This document shows, in pieces, positions 12,231 to 25,600 of a stretch of 64,000 bases of DNA. The first letter of the stretch is position 1. Every line of letters starts with the position of its first letter. Origin of the DNA: Glaucostegus cemiculus (taxonomy: Eukaryota); NCBI GenBank assembly GCA_976551045.1, contig CDPCPM010000133.1, forward strand, positions 3,100,001 through 3,164,000, written 5' to 3'. Under the pieces are notes generated by a model. The model worked only from the letters and a program-made list of their open reading frames with translations, ran no database searches and had not been told where the DNA came from. The position numbers and the translations under genes were made by a program.

Positions 12231-15200
12231 AGGGAAGTTTCTGAGCAGAATAGTTTGTTGTCATGGTTAGTACAGGCACAGTTAACAAAACAGAATCCAG
12301 AAGGTGACTAGTCAGTTTATTGTGCCCGTGCAAGTTCTTTAAATAAGTTGTCAAATGTGGCCCACCCTCATACTTATCCCACATACGTTTCCTTTTCAAA
12401 AATTATTTAAAATTTCCTTTTTGTTTATGTAAGGTCCAATGTTTTTAAAAGCTGTTCAGGGAGGATGCAGTCCTGTGGCCAACTGAGAGAGTCAAGCCAT
12501 TGCAATCCTGGTAGCAGCAGCACCTCTGTACAGTCATGTAATACACATCTCCTCTAACTATTGTACCAGTCCATCACTAACAATTTAGTCCTAGCCTTCA
12601 TGTTTTGTTTTAAAGCCTTGTCTTTATTTTCCTTTCCATTTGATTAATTAAGAGTCTGCTAAATCATTTAATGCATCATCTGTATGGTGGCAGTTCTAGC
12701 AGAATTACTGCTGAATTATTTGTGCTTTTGTCAATGGTGCATGTTGTGCATTTCAACCATTGTCCTTTTATATTTGGCCTATATATGCCTGTGCATAATT
12801 TTATGAAAAAGCCTGCATGATAACAGATTGGGCTGAGAAGCCGTGGCGGGTTTATTGAATGTTTTTTGGGGTTGGTTCTTTTTTAAATATTTTATTCCAC
12901 AAGTCTGGCAGTAAAAATTAAGATGTGCCTTGCAAGCAATGTATTCATGTAACAGAGCCAGACGGGATGGAGGGTTGAAGGAAAAGAGAGGGAGAAAATG
13001 GACGAGCTGTATTATGTAATTCATTAACAAAATATTTTGTTTTTAAATATCAATATTTAATGCTGCAATCTACTCTCAGCCCTACTGACTGTCTGCCGGA
13101 TTCAGGCCTAAACATTTACTTTTGTACCATTTTACTGAATGTTTTTTTAAAATCATCCCTCTGTACCAATTCACTAAATTCTATAGGTCCTACTGAGTTA
13201 GAGCAGCTTCGTCCCTTGTTGTTGGCCTACATGAGACAATAGAACCTTTTTGTGGACTATATTAACAATTTTTGCACCAAAATATTACAGGAATTTAAAT
13301 ATATTGCATATAATGCACCTGTATTCCAGGAATAGTGTTCTAAGATATTTTTTAATGTGCTAGTGTATTTATTACCACATTAAACTGCTGATTTTAACAG
13401 GTTGTAATCATCACATCAGTAAGTTCTACCCCATGACATGAATAGGGAGCAGTATCATCAGACTTCTGCTCCTATTTGTAATCAGTAAAATGGAATATCA
13501 TGATGTTGCATGAGGGAGATACTGCAGAAATTATCTGATCCCAGTTTGTGTCAGTTAACTACACAGCATCAAATACCAATAGTGTAGAGCTGAGAGATAT
13601 CAGTGAGTGTACAAACAGCTTTTAAATTTAAGCTTATGAGACAATTCTAAAATGAGCAGTAACAATCATTTTTCCTGATGTTTCCACTGGGGACAAAATG
13701 CCTTGTGTAAGTTTCAGAAAAATACTCCCATCATTTAAGAATGGAGTGGAGTCAATTCATATCATGTTATTTCCATTTCAATAGAAGGAAATGTACTTTA
13801 CAGTATAATTTTAATATTGATGATTTCTGGAGACAAATGAAACAACAGTTAAAATATTGTTAGAAATAAAGCGAATAAACTGAGAATGGAGAAATTTTTT
13901 TGTCCTAATATTTTAAAAATTGCACCAATTCAAACAAATTTATAGAGTATTCTTTCAAGTACTCAGCATGTAGCCTCAGAGCCCATTGCAACTAAAATGA
14001 GAAAGTAGCCAGCCCCACATGCTGCTCATTACCTGCAGACCATGCCAAGATAAAATAAAATCCAATTTTTTCAGATAGCTAGTCTGCTAATACACAATGT
14101 AAAGGCTCAAGAATGAAAAATAGACACTAGGGCAAAGATACCAGATGTACAGAATTATGAAGTCAAATGCTATGGGAAGGAAAGAAAATTGGCAAGAATT
14201 GAAGAGAATATTGGGTACAGTTTTTGAAGTGCTGCTTTGATTTGAATGCTTAGCACATTAGACTATACTTTTTTTTACATCTCTTAGCCCAGTCTTAACA
14301 CATTGCATACAGGAATTTGGTACGGCTGGTCTGACCATTGAAACCAAGGCAACACCAATTTACCCTTAGGAATAAACACCTACTTATCCTTAGTTTTCCT
14401 GACATTCAGATTTTCTCAAAATTTGTATGTGTTTGGTCTCATTTATTTTATCTATGCATATGTTATTGTTTGTGTCTATAATTTAATTTTGCTCTATGCT
14501 TTCATTTTCTCATTGATTTCTCACCCAGCTTAATTCACATAGGAGATGCTCTTTCATAGTTCGTTTTCATATATTAACATGGCAGCCTTTTGTGCAGCAG
14601 AAGGGTAAGATGAACCGTTTTCTCCCATCATTGGCTTTCACCCAGTCACCTTGAACCACCCACAATTTGGACGAGTCTGGATTTTCCCACAGCCACCTTT
14701 CCCAGTTATACTCTATAAAGGGGCTGGCTCTGTTACCAAGAACAGAGGCTTTTGGCCATGTATTTGTTACTTGTTTCCTCAGTAGTAGTTGGTAAAGCGA
14801 TCCAAAATAAGCAACAGTGAGAAAAACAAGAATGTTTTTTCTCGCATGCAGCAGCTAAAAAAAAAAGAAATACCAGGTTAAATGAGAACCTATGACAGTT
14901 CTGAGATTAATGGATTGGTTATATATAGCATATAGCTTATTTGTAACAAACGGGTAATTGCTAGTGAACATGAACGTTTTACTGGGATTAGAGAGAATGA
15001 TGAGGCAACAAACATCATAAATGTAACAAGTTTAAAAACTTGTACTGTCCCTGCTACTCAAGTTAAAAGAATTTGAATTTATAAAGCACTTTTAATCGCC
15101 TCTATATGCTGCAAAGTGTTTCTTGTCTAATGTTTGAAATTCATTTACTAATGTTATAAGGGCAAACTTGGCAGCCATTTTGCACCAACAAGATCCTGCC

Positions 15201-18200
15201 AGCTGCAGTATAACAAAGTTACAGGCAATCTGTTCTGATGGTGTATACTAAGAGATATATTTTGACTGGGATATCAAGTATTATCCTTTTATCCTTTCTC
15301 CTCCCAAAAAAGGAAACTGCATAAGCCTATTATGATCTTAAATTGATTACTCATCTGAATGATGCAGCCCCAATAGTGCAACAAGCCGGTTTGGAGCAAT
15401 GATATTGGTAAAAGCTGTTTGCTTGGTTTTGGAGGTAAAACAATACAGATATTCCTGATGCTGATCTTAGCAACTACATCGCAACTTTGCATCAAAGTTC
15501 AAAGCTTTGTGCATTATGACCTGACTCCATTAAGGTTGATGGACATATTTGCCCTTGCATACAGTCGGGAGCACTTCATAAGAACTCCAGTCAAGTGCAA
15601 ACCACATTTTGTCAGCCAGTATGAAAAAATACTGACAACACCTACCACTTAGTTGTATTTGCCATGTGCCAATTATTTTGCTCTTTAGAAGAGTGATCTA
15701 CCTTGTTATATTACATTCTTGAAAAGAAATGATCCTTTGCTGATTTTAAATGTAATATAAATGTAAATTTCTCTAATGTTAACTGTATAGTGGAAGAAAA
15801 ATGATAAATGTGAAGATTCAGAAAGCTAAAGAGTCATCAAATTGGGCACGGACTGACCAAATGCAAGGCAAGAAAATGATAGATACCATAGCATTAACTG
15901 TTAAATATGGTTTCCTATTGTGAGTTCCTGTAGACTGAGATTGTTAACAATGCAAATTAGCAGGACAAATTGTTCCAAAATTGCTGAATGCACTTCTTCA
16001 ACTCAAAGCCAAGTTCCTAGCAGTTCATAATGGCCCATCACATCATAGAAATCATCTCAACAAAAGTAATCACTTTGATTTGAAGTGAGGCTGATAGACT
16101 ACACTTATCCCCTACTCCCCAGACTCTAAGACTACCAAAGCTATCAGTACAATCAGGGACATTGAATGTCTGTGAACATCAATGACATTTTAAAATAAAA
16201 TACAAAGTTATTTAAATTTAACATTTAAAAAGCTAAAAAGTACTTCATTAAAACTAACTTAAACAATAATAAAAACAATTACTTAATTTTCTCTTGAGAG
16301 TCAATGTCTCCAAATCATTTGAACCTGGCACAGGCCCAGCAAGCAGAGTTTCCAGTCTGAGAACTTGGAAACCTGTGAAAGATCATGCGGCCCTGTTGGA
16401 CTCCGTGAGGAATCTACTGGAGCAGCACAAGGGCAGTTGTGGTAATGGGCCAGATAGAAGATGCCAGCACTGGAAGCAAACTTCCAAATACATACCCAAG
16501 TAAGTCCTGGTATTTGCACTGGTGTTAGGGCAGAAGATCTGCCTTAATAATTTTATACCAATTAACACCATGCCTGTTGGAAATTTTATTGAAGCTTCCC
16601 AATTTCACTTCACTTGCCCTTAAAGCTGGCAGGTAAAGAGACATTCAACAGTGATGAAGTGCAGGTCCCAGAGTTGAAAGGTCAGTATGTGATCAACTGC
16701 ATTATCCAATCCACCTCTGCAGTCATTTCTCGAGTAGAAAATATGAAAGGAGAAAGGGTTTGAAATCTTCAGTTACTTGTCAATTAACAGTCTTTTAATG
16801 AAGGTAGTTAATTTGTAGCTTTTAATCATTTCTACATAAGGAAATTTTTGTAAATATGGAATGCAGCCTTGTTTAAAGGAAGCACTCCATATGAAATTAA
16901 ATCATTTAGACAAAAGAGGAACTAAGTTGAATTACCCTGTTGAACTAAGTTGTATTGTGTTGGTTGGCTTAAGCTAAATTGGCATTTGGGACACCACCTT
17001 GATCTCAGCATTGTTAGGTTATAAAGAGAAACAATCAGGCAAAGTGCTCTTCACTGATTGCTGCTCATTGACCCTTGGTAGATAGTGTGGATGTATGAAG
17101 CATAAGGATGACTAGATTGCACTTTGCTATGAATCCTCTTGTAATCCTGTTGGTCATCGCTGCTTGGGTACAAGTTTAACAGGGCAGAAGGAAGTGCCAG
17201 TGAAACCTTACAGCATCAAAGCTTGAGTCATTGGGAGAGGCAGAGAGAAATGGGAAGAATATTACTCTTCCTTGGGCATATTGAGTTTGGCATGGGAGGA
17301 GGGAAGCTCAAGATGTTTGCCATATACGAAAATACACCTTGCAACAAAGGCAATAAGTCATAATGGAAGAGGAAGAGTTTATCTTAAACACATCATGTTT
17401 GTGCCAGTGATCTGGCATATGTATATTTTTTTATCTGCTGCAAGTAGTCAACAAAATGAAAAATGCAGTTAGATTTTTGAGTCTTAATAAATTGCAAATT
17501 TCACTTCCTTCAAGCCCAAGCAATTTTTTTTAATCAGCTTACTTGAACTTAGATTTTGCTTTACTATTGCAATTTGCATTTGTGCATTGGAATTGAATTG
17601 TAGAGCAGTAATACTAGGAACTATTTGTGGCCTCACTCCCCTTCATTTCAAATAAATTGTGCTGCTTTTATGTGTCCCTGTTGTTCAATTTGTGGCTTGC
17701 TCATCTTCAGTGCATTAACCTAACAGCACTTCAATGATGTTCCCTGTTTTTCTTCCCTCCCAACAAAAAATGACAAGCAAGCACAATTAAGGAATACTAT
17801 CAGGAAGTATTATTTCAGTTAAATAACAGAATTATTCCAGCATTTATAAAACAAATTTTGTTTTTCCTGTAGAAAAGTTCTGCCCATGGATAATGAACAC
17901 CATTGAACAGTAATGTTCAAGCAAAGACAAGTTTAGACCTGCAGGCATTCAGCCTTTGTTGAAAGATAAAGCAAACACATTTACATAGCATCTTACATTA
18001 TATTGTCATGTCCCAACATTATCATAATTAATTTTAAAGCTTTAATTTTGTTGTAAGGCAAACATTGGCCAAGGTCTATACAGCAAGATTTTGCAAACAG
18101 TGAAGTGAATAACCAAGTGGTTTGTTTCTGGTGATGTTGGCTGAGGGATAAACTATGTCCTAGGGTCTGGGAGAACACATTTCTTTCCAAATGGTGCTAT

Positions 18201-19418
18201 GTTTTTTCATTTCCGTCTGGAAAAAGTAGATGAGCTTCATTTGAAGTCTCATTTAAAAGAAGCCTGCAGTGAATGCATCAGTCTACATTATATTCTTAAA
18301 TCCTTTCAGTGGGCAACACAAGGAGGAGGGAACACATCCACTATTTGCTTTATAAGTCTTTTAAAGTCATTAAGTATAAAGGAGAGGTTTTTGGGTGGCT
18401 GAGTTTTTTTCCTTGTTGACACCTAGTGGAAGGAGAACAGGGGATGAACAGGTCCCATTTACCAATGAAAAAGATAACCTGCTTGAGCTGTCTTCTGAAG
18501 ACTCCAAAATGCAGTTAAAACTTGCATGTTAGATCTTTTTTTTTAATCTGCTCTTGCAAAGTTTTGATTACTTTGTACTTATTAGGATAAATGATACTAG
18601 TGGAACAGTTTCTCTTAAGTCACCAGGATTAATAAATGATGCTTTCAGTTCAGTTATTAGTAAAAGTAACTAGCTTAACCTCAAAAGGGCATTTCATACT
18701 GAACCAAAAAGGCACTTTCACATTTCATACACCCGCCATTCAATAGCTCCACTGAGATCACCAGCATATTGTCAGTTTTGTGCTGTGAATTTGTGCCCAA
18801 CAAAAGAGCTGGACAGAATATGAATCCAGGTTCCAGAATTGAAAGGCCAGTGTCTGCACCACAGTCTGCTTCAGAAGCAAATGCATCTTCAAAATCTAAA
18901 ATTTGCGTTAGTTAAAGAAGTTGATTCAAATAAACAGTCTATTGTAGGTAGGTCTTCAAAAAAGGGATGTTGTCTCCTGGTTCATGCCAATCCTCACCAT
19001 TGTTCTTGGTTTTACCAGTACTTAATGTGGCGATACCTATCAGCTTTATTCAATAATGTACATGCCTTCTCCATGTTTCCTTTGCCTGATGCAGGAAAGT
19101 CAGATAAATTGGCTCATTCTTTAATTTTTTTCCCCATTGTTCCCCCACACGTTTAGCCAAGGGAATCACTTTCATCACACAAGCCTCTTCCTCATTTACT
19201 TTTTTAATCCAGCAATACAAAGGAATTCTGAGGGAAAGTAAAAGGTCAAAATGCCTCACGATTCCACTGTTGCAGGACAGATGTACACTGCTTGCAAGAT
19301 GTCTTGCGGCAAAATCCCTGTTGTGAAACCAGTAGCAATACACGTCCATTGTATGGCACAGCCATTGTTATGCCACTTTATTAAAAAAATAAATAAATTG
19401 TGTTTTCTCTTCTGACAG

Positions 19419-19504
19419 AAACGGTGAGAGCAATGACACATGTGATTAACCAAGGAATGGCCATGTACTGGGGCACCTCACGATGGAGTGCAATGGAAAT
19501 CATG
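19419..19504 (+). CDS. KCNAB2: KCNAB2 exon ([29 protein letters not shown])
   Basis: tgacag| and |gtaaga; aldo-keto reductase fold Kv-beta sequence. Confidence 0.97.
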
Positions 19505-19834
19505 GTAAGATGAGCATGAAGTTTGAATGTTAGGACAGTTCATTACTTTTTTTAGAAACCATTAAGTCACATCTTGATTGCAACCTCAGCTTCTGACCTC
19601 CTATCCTCGGGTTTAATGGTTTCCTATATTATAGGTTTCAGCCCTTCACCTGAAGTTCAATTTTGAAATTGTCCCAACAGGATATTTCCTTATTACTGAA
19701 TTCCCTATAATAAGCATGTATATAATTTTATAGCCAGAAAAAAAATGTTTTTACATGTTGATTAGATGAAACAAGCATTTCTTTTAAATCTGTAATCTAA
19801 CACATACCTTTAAGTTAAAAACCAAATTAATTAC

Positions 19835-19891
19835 ATGGGTGTAGTTGGGCGGCGCGGGCTCATTGGGCCGGAAGGGCCTGTAACCATGCAG
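19835..19891 (+). mobile_element. V-SINE 3' fragment
   Basis: gggcggcgcgggctcattgggccggaagggcctgtaaccatgc matches the tail of the 1932 copy. Confidence 0.7.
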
Positions 19892-22020
19892 TTTTAAAGT
19901 TTAACTCCTTAGGGAAGTGACTTTGTTCAAGAATATAGTGGATTAAAGGCAGGACAGTTTGTGATCACTTTGCTCTCTCCAACCAGAATTTTATGTAGTT
20001 GATTAAATACAATGGTCTAGAAATTGCTCCATACCTTTTTGTTGTAACAGTAAAATAGCATTGTCAGTCAATCAACATTGTTGAGTTTTCCTGTGCAGTG
20101 TAACACTAAAATAGTTTCAGCACAGAGTTCCATACTGATATGTCATACGTTCTCACAGTTGTACAATGTAACACAGCACGTGCAATCTTTGCTGGTAGCT
20201 ATTAAAGGGAAATGTCACCAGACAAGTAACACTCTTCATGCTACCATAAATGAATGAATACTACAATGGCATGATCCCAGAGTCATAAGAACATGGTTAA
20301 GCTGGTGAGAGTACCCTCAGAAGACCTACTCCTTGTGCATGGGAACCATGGAGGCCTTCCAGGGCCACAGCCAGAAAGATATCAGGCTGGTCCCTGTAAG
20401 GACACAAGTACAGCCTATGAAAGTCTGCATTTTGGGGAAGCCTGTAATGCAGGCAAATGCTCATGCCTGCCCTATGTGCTTCTGTGACCTGAAGGAACAG
20501 TAGTTGAAGTCTCTTCTTGAATATGATGTTTGCGTGACCACCTCAATGCAGCTATGAGGAGTGAGCTTGAGAAGTGGCAGAGATCAGCAGCAGTTGCCTA
20601 GAATGATCCTGTCGTTACGAAGCTGAGAGTTACATTGACCCTGGCCTCCATAGGCAAAGCATTCAAGATGTACATGAGGTTGTGTTTGAATTCATAGAAG
20701 GCCACAGACTACAGTGATGACAAAGAATGTGTTTGGAGTGTTGGCCCTATAATTAGTGTGGTTTTGGGGGAAACAAGTTTAGGAAAACTTGGTTGTTCTG
20801 AGAGTGTATAAGAGCTGTAATTTTTCAGACTATTAAAGATGAAAGTCTCACTGCAGATGAATTTTGTGTTGCACTACTGTTGATGTCATGTAGAGGAGTT
20901 TTGCATTAGAAACAAGTACCAGGGAGAAAAAGTCCCACTGAAAAATTAGATGAATTATCCAATGTATGCAAAATTACTCTTCCTTGGGTTAACCTGATTT
21001 TTCAACTGCATAGCACTGCACAGTTATCTGAATTAATTTCTAGCCCTACTAGGAGAGAGTATGCACTCATAACAGGCACACGTAAATTAGATCAAACCTC
21101 TGCAATCCTGCCACGTCTAGTAGGATAATTGAACTACCATCAGGAGGAGGAAGCTTCAACTACATCCCAATCCTCCGTGAGAGTGGGTCAGTATATGAGT
21201 CCTAAATTAAAGGCAGAAGCATTCACGTCGATATTTAACCAGATGCACCAAGTGGATATCAGCGTTATTACAAGAAGCCACTCTCAGCAAATTCAAGTCA
21301 TTTTTGTGATATCACAACTGCACCATGTTCAACTCCTTATACAGCTCCTTAGCAAATGAAGCAGTCTGTGTTACATGTTGCAAGACCTACATAACATTCA
21401 AACCTGGGCTAATATGTGGTGTTACTTGTTGCGTAAGTGCCAGGTTGTGATATCTAGAGGCATTGCCATTACAGAGTCTCCCCACGTCAACAGCCTGACC
21501 AGAAACTCAGCTGCATGAGCCACAGAAATAATGTGGCTAGAAGAATAGTTTCAGAGGCTGGCATCCTGTGACAAGTAAGCCATTCCCTGATACCCTAAAG
21601 CTTTTTCACCCTTTACAAGGCAAGAGCATGATGGAACGTGCCTAGACAAATGCAGCTCCAACAACACTCAAGAAAAAAAAGCTTAATGCCATTGACAATG
21701 CCATATCAACTCCCTTGACTGGCACTCCGTCCAACACCCTAAACATTCATTCCCTTGACTACCATTACACCTTTTCAGTGTGAACCTTTTTAATTAATTC
21801 ACAAGATATGAATGTTGCTGACAATGCCAGCATTTATTTGTGTCACATATTGGCCAGGCTGTAAAGACAGCAGATTTCCTTGCCTATAGGGCATTAGTAC
21901 TTTTTTTAATGATAATCCAGGAGTTTCATGGTTATTGTTGCTGAGACTAGCTATTTTATAAACTCCAGATTTATTTAATCATATCTATTTAAATTCCCCA
22001 GCTGCCCTGATAGGATTTGA

Positions 22021-22700
22021 GAAACAAAGGCCTGCAGATGCTGGAATCTAGATGAAAAACACAATGATGCTGGAGGAACTCAGCAGGCCAGGCAGCATCC
22101 GTGGAGAAAAGCAGGTGGTCAACGTTTCGGGTCAGGACCCTTCTTCAGGACTGAAGATAGGAAAAGGGGAAGCCCAATATATAGGAGGGAAAAGCAGAGC
22201 AGTGATAGGTGGACAAAAGAGGGGAAGCTGGGTGGGCACATGATGGTGATAGGTAGATGCAGGTAAGAGAGAGTGATGGGCAGGTGCAGGGGAGGAGGGG
22301 AGAGCAGATCCATCAGGGAAGGCTCAAAGGCAAGGAGGGGAAAAAAGGGTAGAAAAAAGAGAGATGTTAGTAAAGGGAAGAAAAGAAGAGGCGTGGGGGG
22401 GTGGTTGTGGGGAGAATTTAATGTTCATGCCATTAGGCTGCAGGGTTCCAAGATGGAAGAGGAGGGTGCTGGTCTTCCAGTTTGGACTGTTCCTGGCAGT
22501 GGAGGAGGCTGAGGACTGACACATCAGTGATGGAGTGGTTAGGGGAGTTGAAGTGACTGGCAGCAGGGAGATGCAGATCGCAGTTACGACGGAGCTCAGG
22601 TGTTCTGCAGAACAGTCACTTAGTCTGCGTTTGGTCTCGCCAATGTGGTGGATGCTGCCTGGCCTGCTGAGTTCCTCCAGCATCATAGTGTTTTTCATGG
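22021..22700 (-). mobile_element. Penelope-like element fragment with 49-bp inverted termini
   Basis: Minus ORF contains HIGETKRRLSDCSAEHL...LFHLGTLQPNGMNIKFS (GIY-YIG endonuclease remnant); 22052-22100 is inverted at 22650-22698 with 1 mismatch. Confidence 0.85.
22118..22153 (-). ncRNA. Minimal type I hammerhead ribozyme motif in the Penelope terminal repeat
   Basis: Minus strand reads GUC-CUGAAGA-aGGGUCcuGACCC-GAAA-CG-UU-GAC: both core boxes, stem II, palindromic ACGU stem III and a GUC/GAC stem I. Confidence 0.75.
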
Positions 22701-23619
22701 CAGGATTTAAACTTGTTTCACTGTACTTGTGGTCCAGTATTCTGGCTTCTAGTCCAGTAGCAACCACTAGACTGTGGTTTTTACGTAGGCTACTCCAACA
22801 GCACATCCCAAACTTTGAGAAGGGCATGGGGTGCATGTGAGCATTACCAGTTGCAGATTCCCTTTATCCAAGAGGCGCACCATCCTGACCAGCATTAATC
22901 ACCTCCCTCTTGTAGTCACCATACTTTCAACTCCCCACACAATGTTGTGGGATTATTTCACCAGAAGGACTGCAGCAGTTCAGTAAGCAGCTCACCACCA
23001 CCTCTTGAAAAACAATAAGTGCTGGCTTGACAGTGCTGTTTACGTTCCCCGAACAAAAAACAAAAATTCTGCAAACTTGGATTTCTCAATAGTTTGAACT
23101 TTTCAGTATATTGATAAGGTTTTGTGAGTATTACAATACCTAGATCACACAATAGGTTCAGTGTGAATTAAATGCGATCTATACATTCTATTGAAGTTGC
23201 AAATTGTTGTTAATTTGGAGAAGTATTGAAAACATTTCTCAAACTTTCTGAACGTTTTAGACCACCTGAGTCATATCAAGCATGCCTTCTTATTTAAACC
23301 TCTTTCTCACATCAGTTCATCATCAAGTTATAGAAATATCCTAAAACCTCATTAGAAATGAGGACCATTCATCATTTAGCATTGTGATCTTTTTAAATAT
23401 TGCTGTGATTCCTCAATGCACTGTCATTGACCTTTTTTATTGACTTAAATGATTTTTGGGTTTTTTTCCTTACGTGAGGCACATCCTAAAATAGCTGTTT
23501 TTGACAAATAATTATTCTCAATATATTTTCACTGTGGCTTTCCATTGCTTTTTGCTTTATACTATATGTACTTTCCTCTCTGCCATAATTTGAAGTAAAT
23601 AGTGCAGGCCAATATCAGT

Positions 23620-24540
23620 GGAGATAGAAGACACTGGAATCTGAAGCAAAAATGAGCTGCTGGGGGAACACTGTGTCAGGCAACATATCTGGAGCAAAAA
23701 TAAGTAAAACCCCTTTCTGCTTTCTGCAGAGTCCACTACCTCCATGACTCCCTAATTCGCTCATCCCTTCCCCCTCCCAGGCACTTTCTCCTGCAACCGT
23801 AGAAGGTGAAACACTATCCCTACACCTCCTCCCTCACCTCCATCCAGGGACCTAAACAGCCCTTCCAGGTGAGGCAGAGATTCACATTAACTTCCTCCAA
23901 CTTCATCTATTACATTTGGTTCTCTGGATGTGGCCTCCTTGATCGCCCTGCTGAGTATCTGCACTCTGTCTGCCATGGGCATCTTAAGCATCTCTTTGCA
24001 AGCGATCTTAATTCCCCTTCCTTTTCCCACACTGACCTGTCTGTCCTCAGCCTCCCCCGCTGCCAGGGTGAGGTCAAGCACAAATGTGAAGAACAGCACC
24101 TTGTATTCCACCTGGGTGGTCTACAACCCAACAGCAGAGACATTGAATTCTCCAGTTTCTAGTAACTTGCTCTCCCTCTCCCTCATCTGCCCAGGTCCTC
24201 TCTTACATACCCTTCTTTCCAGGCTACCTCCCCAGCCCACCCACTCAGTGTCTTTCCACTCCCCCACCTACTCTCTCTGCCCATCACCCACATACTCCTC
24301 CCCCCACCTCCCTTCTGCCCACTATACCTGCCTTATTTGGTTCTTCTTAACCTTCCTTTCTTATCAGATTCCATAACCTGCAGCCCTTCGTTGCCTCCAT
24401 CTAGCACCTCCCAGCCTCTTTTGCTATCTCCACCCTTTCCTTCCCCACCTGACTCTGTCTGCCAATCAGCCCCTCCTCTCCCCTCTACCCTTCTATTTCC
24501 CCATACAGATACTGAGTTCCTCTAGTAGCTTGTTTTAGGT
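23620..24540 (+). mobile_element. Older Penelope-like fragment (GIY-YIG C-terminus plus pyrimidine-rich 3' region)
   Basis: ORF 23806..24162: TSIQGPKQPFQVRQRFT...CEEQHLVFHLGGLQPNSRDIEFS; degenerate inverted terminal repeat at 23625-23700. Confidence 0.8.
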
Positions 24541-25254
24541 CAACATCAGTGATCTAGCAAATGGTGTAAAATAAAAGAGCCAAGGAGCAGCTGTTAATAA
24601 AAATGTAATCAGAAAATATTTTGGTCTAGTCTCATCCATGGCAATTTTGGTTGCATCTATAACTTTGAGAGATTAGCTAAATCGTGATTGACCTAGAGGA
24701 AATTACCACAAGCTTTTTTTAAGGGATACACGTCTTTGATACCATAATCTGTACTGGATTTGTTTTCATTATGGTGAATGAGCCAATTAACCCACAATTG
24801 AGTCCATATTGTTTTAAATACAATGTTGATTTTCTTTTTTTTCCTCTGGAATTTTTCATCTGTGCTTACATTTTATGATGTATTTTGAAATTTGATCATT
24901 GTGATAAAGTTACTTCTTTTAATGAACTTTTACACATTGAAACCTACAACTTGTGATCAGATTCCTTCACTGTGTTTTATTGCAGAAGTTGAATAAAACA
25001 TCGATTGTGTTGCTGTATTGTTGAGTTAATAATTAAAACTCATGATGTTAATCACCTCCCTCATGTAGCCAGACATGAATAATCCACCAAACCAGTATGT
25101 GCCACAGGCTGTCCTTGTAACTATTCAAAGAGCAGAATTAGATAGAACAAGTTTAGGGAATCCTCAATGTTCCATTAGGAATGAAAAATGCAAGTTAGAT
25201 ATTGTGAACAGGAAGGATTCCTGTAAATTTACATAAGATTGGCTTATGCATGCA

Positions 25255-25600
25255 GGATTTTAGAAGAATGAGAGAAGATCTCACTGAGACATAAGATTTT
25301 GTGAGTGATTAATAGGGTATATGTTAAGCTACTTCCTGCAGATGGAAGTCTTAGGATAGATCTCAGTCTCAGAATAAGCTGCAGGGTAGACCTTAGCCTC
25401 AGAATAAGTGCATGGCCAATCATGAGTGAGGTGAGGATAAATTTCTTTGCTCAGAAAGTTGTAAATCTTTGGAATTCTATTCTCTAGAAGGCTCAGTCTT
25501 TGAGTGCATTCAAAGCTATGATTGATAGGTTTTGGACACGCAGGGAATTAAGAGGTAAGGAGGTTGAGCAGGAAGATTGAAAGGAACAAGCTTGAGAGCC
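25255..25600 (+). mobile_element. CR1 3' fragment with an internal 30-bp tandem duplication
   Basis: ORF 25305..25487 FFAQKVVNLWNS; DLSLRIS occurs twice. Confidence 0.75.

Larger units (their letters stand above)
21090..23050 (+). mobile_element. Degraded LINE of a recurrent shark family, split by SINE and Penelope insertions
   Basis: 3' end gactgcagcagttcagtaagcagctcaccaccacctcttga at about 22970; reverse copies of the same end at about 25-570, 1255-1900 and 4205-4660. Confidence 0.6.

Noticed and set aside
14579-14610. ATG-initiated mini-exon (MAAFCAAEG|gtaaga) as an alternative KCNAB2 first exon
   Set aside because: It ends in phase 2 whereas the next exon needs phase 1; no homology recognised
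22052-22698. DNA transposon or MITE suggested by terminal inverted repeats
   Set aside because: The interior encodes a GIY-YIG remnant and a hammerhead motif, which fits a Penelope-like retroelement
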